DNA from: a virus
Lineage: Duplodnaviria > Caudoviricetes
Strand: one strand, 5' to 3'
Virus record (IMG/VR): IMGVR_UViG_3300048072_000021
Span: 1 to 41,604 of that record
DNA length: 41,604 nt
The position numbers and the translations under genes were made by a program. Position 1 is the stretch's first letter. Every line of letters begins with the position of its first letter. The notes beneath the pieces are model-generated. The model saw only the letters and a list, made by a program, of their open reading frames with translations, was not told the origin of the DNA and ran no database searches. This document shows positions 8,654-15,638 of this stretch, in pieces.

Positions 8654-8950
8654 ATGAAAAACATGAACGCCAAACATACATTGTTATACGCCGAATCACA
8701 ACAGATTCCAGGCGGTAAAAACCTCGTCGCTCGAATTCGGGTTCACCGCTGGAAATGCGGGATGTTCGATGAAACCGTTATGCACGAAGAAGTGTATGAC
8801 GGGAGCAATGACTTCGCTGATAACGTCTACGAAAAGAAAACCATTCTTGGCGACATCGCAGACTACGGCGCGCAACGCATAGGGATGACCCGCTTCGATG
8901 GCCTGGTTGCGGAGTTCGGCGCACCCGACGACGACCTTTTCCCCTTCTGA
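8654..8950 (+). CDS. hypothetical protein
   Basis: AAAGGAG SD; first gene after promoter. Confidence 0.75.
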   Translation: MKNMNAKHTLLYAESQQIPGGKNLVARIRVHRWKCGMFDETVMHEEVYDGSNDFADNVYEKKTILGDIADYGAQRIGMTRFDGLVAEFGAPDDDLFPF

Positions 8951-9017
8951 CTACCCAATCGCGAGGACCTCCGCATGGGGTCCTCGCATCCCAACTACCG
9001 CGACTATAAGGAGTAAC

Positions 9018-9713
9018 ATGAACAGCAAGAAAACCCGTGACGCCCTGATAGCTTTAGAGATTGAGGCTGACTGCTTACCGGACGATGAACAATGGAACCT
9101 GCGCGGAGCCGACCTGTACGAAGCCAACCTGCGCGGAGCCAACCTGTACGGAGCCGACCTGTACGGAGCCAACCTGCGCGGAGCCAACCTGCGCGAAGCC
9201 AACCTGCGCGAAGCCGACCTGCGCGAAGCCGACCTGCGCGGAGCCGACCTGCGCGAAGCCAACCTGCGCGGAGCCGACCTGTACGAAGCCAACCTGCGCG
9301 GAGCCAACCTGCGCGGAGCCAACCTGTACGGAGCCGACCTGTACGGAGCCAACCTGCGCGAAGCCGACCTGCGCGAAGCCGACCTGCGCGGAGCCGACCT
9401 GCGCGGAGCCGACCTGCGCGGAGCCGACCTGCGCGGAGCCAACCTGCGCGAAGCCGACCTGCGCGGAGCCAACCTGCGCGAAGCCGACCTGCCGTACTTC
9501 CACAAATGGGATATCACCTGGAATACCGATAACCTCATAAAGATCGGATGCAAGGAGAATACGGTTGCGGGATGGGATGAATGGTTTGCCGGAACCGAAA
9601 CCTATTCGACGGCACGCAACACCGAAGATTTTGAGCGCATCGAAGCCGGATACCAACACGCAAAGCGCATGGTTGAAATCTGGCAGAAATACAATCCCGA
9701 AGTGAAGGAGTAA
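9018..9713 (+). CDS. pentapeptide repeat protein with C-terminal IGC-motif domain (DUF5758-like)
   Basis: A(D/N)L(R/Y)(G/E) repeats; TAAGGAG SD; KIGCKE..V..W tail. Confidence 0.9.
   Translation: MNSKKTRDALIALEIEADCLPDDEQWNLRGADLYEANLRGANLYGADLYGANLRGANLREANLREADLREADLRGADLREANLRGADLYEANLRGANLRGANLYGADLYGANLREADLREADLRGADLRGADLRGADLRGANLREADLRGANLREADLPYFHKWDITWNTDNLIKIGCKENTVAGWDEWFAGTETYSTARNTEDFERIEAGYQHAKRMVEIWQKYNPEVKE
9096..9491 (+). repeat. about 26 tandem 15-bp units RACCTG(CG/TA)CGRAGCC
   Basis: Direct reading of the sequence. Confidence 0.95.
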
Positions 9714-9716
9714 CCT

Positions 9717-9950
9717 ATGAACTACACCCCTCCTAATTGGACACACCCCGAAGATAAGTTAGTCGAGATCACCATCTCGGTAACAACTCAGCGCAAGGGC
9801 GTTTACGCTCCACGCGGGTTCGAGGCGCACGACTTTCTTATCGGAGAGGAAGATGCATATATCATCCAGAGCGCGCTTATCCCGATGCTCAAGAGCGCGA
9901 TCAATTCCCTGAACCAGCAAGAGGAAAAGAAGGAAGGCTCCGATGAGTGA
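9717..9950 (+). CDS. hypothetical protein
   Basis: AAGGAG SD. Confidence 0.7.
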   Translation: MNYTPPNWTHPEDKLVEITISVTTQRKGVYAPRGFEAHDFLIGEEDAYIIQSALIPMLKSAINSLNQQEEKKEGSDE

Positions 9951-10212
9951 CCCGATCCGCTTGACCCTCGCTGGATACGAACCTGACCCCGGTGAAAAAG
10001 AAGTGGACACCCTGATCACCATCGCCGGACGCCCGCCGAAGTTTGAGGCCACAAAGCAGGACGATTTCCACAGGAAAGCCGCGCGTTTCTATGAAGCCCA
10101 AGCGCAAGCCCTTTGTTCGGCGCTCACCAACAGTCTCCCAGGTGGCACCATCTACCAACTGACTATCAAACTTTTGGAGCATCGCACCAATATCTTACGC
10201 ATAAAGGAGTAA
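9943..10212 (+). CDS. hypothetical protein
   Basis: Overlap-coupled, 89 aa. Confidence 0.7.
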   Translation: MSDPIRLTLAGYEPDPGEKEVDTLITIAGRPPKFEATKQDDFHRKAARFYEAQAQALCSALTNSLPGGTIYQLTIKLLEHRTNILRIKE

Positions 10213-10214
10213 CT

Positions 10215-10688
10215 ATGAGTGACAACCCGAACGCCCTGGCAACCCTACTAGCGAACACGGTACGCGAAGGCGAGTGCATGGTATGGCAGGGAGACACCAA
10301 CGAGGGGTACGCATCCGACAATAAAGGGAGGTTGAGCCGCAGAGTGTACGCCCTAGCGCATGGTCGCGAACCGCTCCACAATGCGTGTCATACCTGCGAT
10401 AATCGAGCGTGTATCAATCCGGATCACATCTACGATGGGACACAAAAACAAAACATCCAAGACGCGATTGATCGGGGCCGTTTCAAATTCGTAGACCCTG
10501 AGACTATCCGGGGATCAGGGAACGGAAAAGCAACCCTTGCCGACGCTCAAGTGGCGGAGATACGCCGCCGATGGGCGGAAGGGAATGTCACACAACAGCA
10601 ACTCGCGGACGAGTATCATGTTTCGCGTTCGCATATTTCAAACCTGACCCGTCCCAATGGATTTCATTGGGGATGGGCTAAGCAATAG
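10215..10688 (+). CDS. HNH endonuclease with C-terminal HTH
   Basis: ECMVWQG...GY...CHTCDNRACINPDHI..GTQKQN..D; TQQQLADEYHVSRSHISNL. Confidence 0.92.
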   Translation: MSDNPNALATLLANTVREGECMVWQGDTNEGYASDNKGRLSRRVYALAHGREPLHNACHTCDNRACINPDHIYDGTQKQNIQDAIDRGRFKFVDPETIRGSGNGKATLADAQVAEIRRRWAEGNVTQQQLADEYHVSRSHISNLTRPNGFHWGWAKQ

Positions 10689-10696
10689 GAGTAACG

Positions 10697-11737
10697 ATGA
10701 CTGACCAAACAAAAGCCCTGGCAAAACCAGGGGAAGATAAGCTAAAGTCTTTTATGCGGAGCGACGCGATCATGACCCGCTTCCAAGAAATCTTGGGGGA
10801 CAGGGGCGCGCGCTCTTATGTGTCGTCTGTCCTCCTGGCAGTCGCAAACAACACCGCCTTGCAAGAATGTTCCCACGCTTCGATTGTCGCTTCTGCGCTT
10901 CGAGCCGCCACGCTTTCCCTCTCCTGCGATCCCGCTGTCGGTCAGGCGTACCTCGTACCCTACGGCAAGGTAGCGACCTTCGTGGTTGGATACAAAGGGC
11001 TGAGAGACATGGCACTGCGGACTAACAAGTATCGTTTCATCCACGTAGACAAGGTGTATCAAGGCGAGGGGGTGGACATTGATCGCATCACCGGATCAGC
11101 CAAGATGATCGGCGGCAAAGAGAGTGACACGATAGCCGGGTGGGTGGCGACGTTCGAGCTTTTCAACGGCTTCCGCAAAACTCTGTATATGACGCGCGAA
11201 GAAATCCATGCTCATGCCAAGCAATACAGCAAAGGGTATGAGCGGCAAGGCGGAGTATGGAAAGCGAACCCGGCGATGATGGAAAAGAAAACCGTTCTTC
11301 GCCAACTGCTCACCCATTGGGGCGTCCTGGATGCGCGTGATGAGTTGTTCATGAGTGCGGTAGATGGGGCAGAGGTGGAAGATTTGGGAACCATCGAGGC
11401 CACCTTTGTTCACGAAAAACCTGACCCGCGCGAGGATGTCTCCGAGTCGGACATCATGGAAGAATTGGGGTACGAAAATGTTTCACGTGGTGAATCCAAG
11501 AGAGAAATCGAATCGGGAACCCAAGAAACCCCGGCGATGACCTTGAAGATGGCCGAGAACGTGGTCAACGATAAGGGCGTGCGCTACATGGATATGCCTG
11601 ACGACGAACTCATCAAAGCGGTTCAGCATTTACAGCAATCCATCCGCACCACCACCGATACCGACCGGCGCGTCGAACAACAATTCCGCTTGAGCGCGGT
11701 CAATGCGATCCAACTCGCACGGAAGCCCACCGCCTAA
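10697..11737 (+). CDS. recT: RecT-family single-strand annealing protein
   Basis: LSCDPAVGQAYLVPY...FVVGYKGLRDMALR...W...MMEKKTVLRQLL. Confidence 0.92.
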   Translation: MTDQTKALAKPGEDKLKSFMRSDAIMTRFQEILGDRGARSYVSSVLLAVANNTALQECSHASIVASALRAATLSLSCDPAVGQAYLVPYGKVATFVVGYKGLRDMALRTNKYRFIHVDKVYQGEGVDIDRITGSAKMIGGKESDTIAGWVATFELFNGFRKTLYMTREEIHAHAKQYSKGYERQGGVWKANPAMMEKKTVLRQLLTHWGVLDARDELFMSAVDGAEVEDLGTIEATFVHEKPDPREDVSESDIMEELGYENVSRGESKREIESGTQETPAMTLKMAENVVNDKGVRYMDMPDDELIKAVQHLQQSIRTTTDTDRRVEQQFRLSAVNAIQLARKPTA

Positions 11738-11762
11738 CCCGATCCAATCAAAGGAGCATGAA

Positions 11763-12089
11763 ATGTATCTGAACCCAATCATCAACGAGCAGGTGATCCA
11801 CGACGCGTACGGGAACTTAGCCCAGGCGAAAGTATCCTACGCCGACGCGCTGGAGCGTTCCCTTACGATGGACGCCTTCCTCGAAAAACTCAAGGCCAAT
11901 GCCTTGAGCGACGGAACCGTCGTCGGCAAGAATGAGACGGAGCGCAAGGCCGCTCTCTCCACGCTCTTCGCGGCCCGCATTACAGAACTGGAAACCGCCG
12001 AACGCGAAACGCGTAGCGCGCGCGTCGAGGTTGAACTGGCTGAGATTGAAGTGAAGCGCGTCGAAACGCTCGTGCGCTGGTTGAAGTAA
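11763..12089 (+). CDS. hypothetical coiled-coil protein
   Basis: AAGGAG SD; GKNETERKA motif. Confidence 0.7.
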   Translation: MYLNPIINEQVIHDAYGNLAQAKVSYADALERSLTMDAFLEKLKANALSDGTVVGKNETERKAALSTLFAARITELETAERETRSARVEVELAEIEVKRVETLVRWLK

Positions 12090-12134
12090 CCCTACACCCT
12101 GAGCCGGGGCAGGTCATCCCCGGCAAAGAAGGAT

Positions 12135-12446
12135 ATGATGGCACCCACAGTTGCGGATACTTTTAGCAAAGAACATATGGCGAATCAACTTACTGGATTT
12201 CAAAATTACCTGAACAAGCAAGACGAGATGAGCCAAAACGAACGGGACACCTTGTGGCTCGTCGGGCGGGTCGCTTCCCTTTGGAGTGAAGATACCGTCT
12301 CCAATGGCCTGGCTAAAGCCCAGGAGGCCCGCGCCGAATATGATGAGTATTGCCGCGCAGAGGGAGATACGGAAACGCACATTCCCCCGTATGCGGCGCG
12401 CGGCAACACCCCTTACAGCCGCGACACCATTGACCTCTGCCCATGA
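12135..12446 (+). CDS. hypothetical protein
   Basis: AAGGA SD. Confidence 0.65.
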   Translation: MMAPTVADTFSKEHMANQLTGFQNYLNKQDEMSQNERDTLWLVGRVASLWSEDTVSNGLAKAQEARAEYDEYCRAEGDTETHIPPYAARGNTPYSRDTIDLCP

Positions 12447-12949
12447 ACACGTGTGAGAGTTGGAACGCCACCGCCTTCATTGCCGGTTCCATCGCGCTGT
12501 TTGGGGCCAGTGTGTTCCAGTTGTGGCGGCACCAGGAGCGGGCTAACCCGGTCGTGCGGGAAGTGAGGTACGCGTTGGACACCGCGCCCATGCCATACGC
12601 GGAAGGGACGACATTGGCGATCTCTAAGACCCGCGCCGGTGGCCCGCCGTACTTCACCTTCCCCCCGGAAGTCCAGCGCAAACAACTCGAAGCCCTGTAC
12701 GATGTGGTAGTCCGTGAGGGCAAGCCACCTCTTGAAAGGCACATGCTCCCCCGCCTGACCCGGACAGAACTCCGCGCGGTACGTGACCACTTCTATCAGG
12801 AGCAATGGGCCGAGTACCTGCGCAACGGCATGAACGCCCCCTGGAAACTGACCACCCAGGGTGAGCACAATCTAATTTACTTTTACATGCGCCTCAACGG
12901 GAAACTCCCGTATGAGGGGCATGTACACCAAAGGAGAATAAGCAGATGA
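12443..12949 (+). CDS. membrane-anchored hypothetical protein
   Basis: ATGA overlaps on both sides; N-terminal hydrophobic helix. Confidence 0.65.
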   Translation: MNTCESWNATAFIAGSIALFGASVFQLWRHQERANPVVREVRYALDTAPMPYAEGTTLAISKTRAGGPPYFTFPPEVQRKQLEALYDVVVREGKPPLERHMLPRLTRTELRAVRDHFYQEQWAEYLRNGMNAPWKLTTQGEHNLIYFYMRLNGKLPYEGHVHQRRISR

Positions 12950-13143
12950 GTACGACACACGAGCAAGACAAGGATTTATCGGAACTTGTTTTCGATAAGG
13001 TTGTTGGTAACTTACGTGCTCCGCTCTTGAACGCCGACTTTGTGGTCGAGTGGGTAGCCAAGAATCTTTCACCGGGGGACGTGTTCCCTTATGGGGACTT
13101 GGAAGATTGGGCACTCGCTAACGGCTTCATCGAGGACAACTAG
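12946..13143 (+). CDS. hypothetical protein
   Basis: AAAGGAG SD. Confidence 0.7.
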   Translation: MSTTHEQDKDLSELVFDKVVGNLRAPLLNADFVVEWVAKNLSPGDVFPYGDLEDWALANGFIEDN

Positions 13144-13227
13144 CCCTCCCCCTCCCAACCCCAAACATTTTACACGCGCGCGTGTTGCTAGAGTACGTGA
13201 GTGAGCGAGCGTGTGAGTGAGGACAAT

Positions 13228-13434
13228 ATGCGAATAAAATTCATTACCCGCGAACCCCGAAAGGGGGAGGCGATCCTGCTGACAGACGAAGGCCAGGAAG
13301 TTGAACGTATCCCATGCTTTGCACACACGGCGACGGGCAAGCTAGGGGCTATCCGCCACTTCGAGGATGTCCTGCTCAAGAGGGGGATGAGGGCGGATGA
13401 ATTGAAGTTCAAGTTCACGGAAGTGAAGGAATAG
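13228..13434 (+). CDS. hypothetical protein
   Basis: GAGGA SD before ATG 13228. Confidence 0.65.
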   Translation: MRIKFITREPRKGEAILLTDEGQEVERIPCFAHTATGKLGAIRHFEDVLLKRGMRADELKFKFTEVKE

Positions 13435-13436
13435 CG

Positions 13437-13697
13437 ATGGATAACGAACGCAAGAAGCTAACCCCTGAGGAAGCCATCGCCATGCTCCCTGACGACGAGA
13501 TGATCCACACCTTCCGCCAACCGTCACCATGGTATCCCGAACTCTTAGGATGCGACTGGACGCGTGAGGAGTTTGTCGAACTCATGCGGACGGGTGAACC
13601 TGAGTTGTCAGGGGAAGTGGCGACCGGCCTCGGGCACGGTCTTGCAGTGTTCGCCGGGGGCTGGATGTTTGTTGAGACACGCAAGAACAAGGAGTAG
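13437..13697 (+). CDS. hypothetical protein
   Basis: AAGGA SD. Confidence 0.75.
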   Translation: MDNERKKLTPEEAIAMLPDDEMIHTFRQPSPWYPELLGCDWTREEFVELMRTGEPELSGEVATGLGHGLAVFAGGWMFVETRKNKE

Positions 13698-13744
13698 GCA
13701 GGGATAATCCGTAACCGGAGTTACACGCCCCTTCCCGAAATGAT

Positions 13745-14131
13745 ATGTACGACTTTGGACAGATGAGACTATCCATGCAAGAACGCCACTCCAGCGGCGA
13801 AACTTACGAAAAGATCGCCGCCTCTTTCGAGAACGAAAGGATCACCCGCGCGCACGTGTGGAAGATGGTGAACAAGGGATGGGAGCCTGACGATCCCGAA
13901 CTACGGATCATTTTGGGACTCCCCGCTTATAAGCCGATGCCCGTCTGCCCTATTCATGGGGTGGTACACGAATACGATTGTCGCTCACAAGTCGTCAAGC
14001 CCCTACGCCAACCCTCGCCCCCACGTCCGCCCCGGATTTCGATCAGGAAGGATGACATGGGGAAGGCGGCGCGGAGCATCAAGAATAATCTCTCCCTCGC
14101 CCAGGTGCGGGAGTTGAAGGAGTTGTTATGA
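13745..14131 (+). CDS. putative HTH / zinc-binding regulator
   Basis: TYEKIAASF...ITRAHVWKMV (HTH-like); CPIHGVVHEYDC. Confidence 0.55.
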   Translation: MYDFGQMRLSMQERHSSGETYEKIAASFENERITRAHVWKMVNKGWEPDDPELRIILGLPAYKPMPVCPIHGVVHEYDCRSQVVKPLRQPSPPRPPRISIRKDDMGKAARSIKNNLSLAQVRELKELL

Positions 14132-14460
14132 AAGCTGAGTTTCGTCACGTACAAATAGAAGTCGGGCAACACGCAAGCGGTAACGTGTCCGACGCGAAAG
14201 TGAATGTGTACCGCTTTCCGCGCGGTAGTAGTCGCGGGCATCGCGCCTACCCCTTCACCGAGCGCAACTACTGGCGCGCGGTCGGGATGCAAATTGTGTT
14301 GGCGGGGTTCGCTTCGAGTGTACCGTCCATTGCGCGAGAGTGTACCCACGCAGAGAACCACGAGATGTATTTCGGAAATGGAGCGAACTACTGCCCGCAT
14401 TGTGGCACACGGATCGCGGCAGGGTGGGTGCGCGTGGACGATACAAAGGAGATGCTATGA
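14128..14460 (+). CDS. zinc-ribbon protein (NYCPHCG)
   Basis: AAGGAG SD; CT...CPHCG. Confidence 0.65.
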   Translation: MKAEFRHVQIEVGQHASGNVSDAKVNVYRFPRGSSRGHRAYPFTERNYWRAVGMQIVLAGFASSVPSIARECTHAENHEMYFGNGANYCPHCGTRIAAGWVRVDDTKEML

Positions 14461-14645
14461 TTACCCCACTACCTGAACCTGACTGGAAACTACTATTCTT
14501 CACCCTGGCCTTGAAGGTGAAGGAAATCAAGTATGATAAGGAGTACGTCTACAGTCGGATCGATGAGGCAGACAAAATTATCGAAGGTGTCTTATTGCGT
14601 CCTGATTGGTTTGATAGCGCCTTCGATGCGAAGGACGGTGAGTGA
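14457..14645 (+). CDS. hypothetical protein
   Basis: AAGGAG SD; ATGA overlap. Confidence 0.65.
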   Translation: MITPLPEPDWKLLFFTLALKVKEIKYDKEYVYSRIDEADKIIEGVLLRPDWFDSAFDAKDGE

Positions 14646-14896
14646 TGAATAGTTACCTTGCTATTCTTGCGGCCCTTTTGCTTCTCCTCGTCTGCATTGG
14701 TACTGTCTATCTGATTATTAGAAGTATCAAGGTGCGCCAGATTACCTACCCGGAGACGGGGGTAATCGTGGTGGGCAATAGTTCCGATATGGAAGTGGGA
14801 ACTGAGTTGATCATCGGAGGAGCAGAGCGCGTGCGCGTCGTCAAGGCGGATGGGAGTATATTGACTGTTGAATATATCGGAAAGGACGGTGAGTGA
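14642..14896 (+). CDS. membrane-anchored small beta-rich protein
   Basis: N-terminal TM helix; flanked by 18-bp direct repeats. Confidence 0.7.
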   Translation: MMNSYLAILAALLLLLVCIGTVYLIIRSIKVRQITYPETGVIVVGNSSDMEVGTELIIGGAERVRVVKADGSILTVEYIGKDGE

Positions 14897-15129
14897 TGAC
14901 CCCTATCAAATGCGAATACTGCGGCGCGAACAATGCCGGAGAGTTGGAGTGCGAGAAATGCGGCGCGCCCCTTCCGATCACGTACAATACGTGCTACCTG
15001 GAATGGGCCATCGGAGAGGCAGAGATGTTGCGACGAAGATATGGCCCACATTACAACGGCATTGAGACTGTCTCTAGCGGAAGCGGTTACAGAAGTGCTC
15101 GCAATGGGCTTGTAAGCTGGCGCTTGTGA
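14893..15129 (+). CDS. zinc-ribbon protein
   Basis: CEYCGA...CEKCGAPL. Confidence 0.7.
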   Translation: MMTPIKCEYCGANNAGELECEKCGAPLPITYNTCYLEWAIGEAEMLRRRYGPHYNGIETVSSGSGYRSARNGLVSWRL

Positions 15130-15130
15130 G

Positions 15131-15159
15131 TTGACACCCAACCGCGTTCACAGTAAACT
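15131..15159 (+). promoter_or_regulatory. sigma70-type promoter with no downstream ORF, bracketed by a 9-bp inverted repeat
   Basis: TTGACA-17-TAAACT; GAGTTGACA (15128-15136) / TGTCAACTC (15162-15170). Confidence 0.7.
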
Positions 15160-15165
15160 AATGTC

Positions 15166-15240
15166 AACTCGTGGCGTGGTAGTCATAGCCCTCCTTTGTT
15201 TAGAGAACCCCCGTATGGTGTGCGGGGGTTCTCGCTTTAT
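15166..15240 (+). ncRNA. candidate ~75-nt small RNA with anti-Shine-Dalgarno sequence
   Basis: Between promoter and terminator; contains GTCATAGCCCTCCTTTGTTT. Confidence 0.55.
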
Positions 15241-15242
15241 TT
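15203..15242. terminator. terminator hairpin at convergence of middle and late operons
   Basis: gagaacccccg-N9-cgggggttctc, 11-bp perfect stem, then gctttattt. Confidence 0.85.
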
Positions 15243-15638
15243 CCTACTGAATGTTTTGATGACATGCGCCCAGCACGCATCATACGTTTGGCAATCGGGG
15301 TTGGTCACGGTGATCGGTTCGTAAGCAAAGGTTTTGGTAGCGTCGTAAAGGCGCAGGCGCTCAACCTTATCGTTCTGGTTTTCCTCACCCGAGTGCCAGA
15401 TGCCACCGTCAATGAACACAAATGAAATCTTGGGGGTTGTAAAGACTCTAAAGTCTATCTCTAACGCCTTCCCCACAATCCACCATGCCGCCAGGTATTC
15501 ATACTCCCACCCCGCATTACTGAGGGCAATGGCGTACATGACTTCCCAACTACTCCCCGCCTCTTTCCCCTGTATCGCGTAACTCCCTTCCCCTAGTTGC
15601 ACGATCCCCTCAGGCAGATCACCCTCGTAATCTACCAT
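15237..15638 (-). CDS. DUF559/Vsr-like endonuclease-fold protein
   Basis: SSWE...AL...WEYEY...EIDF...FIDGGIWH...ND; TAATG coupling to tail gene. Confidence 0.6.
   Translation of the reverse strand: MVDYEGDLPEGIVQLGEGSYAIQGKEAGSSWEVMYAIALSNAGWEYEYLAAWWIVGKALEIDFRVFTTPKISFVFIDGGIWHSGEENQNDKVERLRLYDATKTFAYEPITVTNPDCQTYDACWAHVIKTFSRK

Noticed and set aside
9096-9491. CRISPR array or DGR template/variable repeat
   Set aside because: Units are contiguous with no spacers, are in frame with a pentapeptide protein, and no cas or reverse transcriptase gene was seen
8951-9746. Alternative-frame repeat ORFs (RRSAP, EPTCA, QVGSA, RSRPA)
   Set aside because: Stop-free shadows of the 15-bp repeat; only the pentapeptide frame has an SD and a sensible C-terminal domain
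15150-15186. 12-codon minus-strand ORF MTTTPRVDISLL with a strong SD
   Set aside because: Lies beyond the terminator of the late transcript with no promoter of its own; kept only as the alternative to the sRNA model
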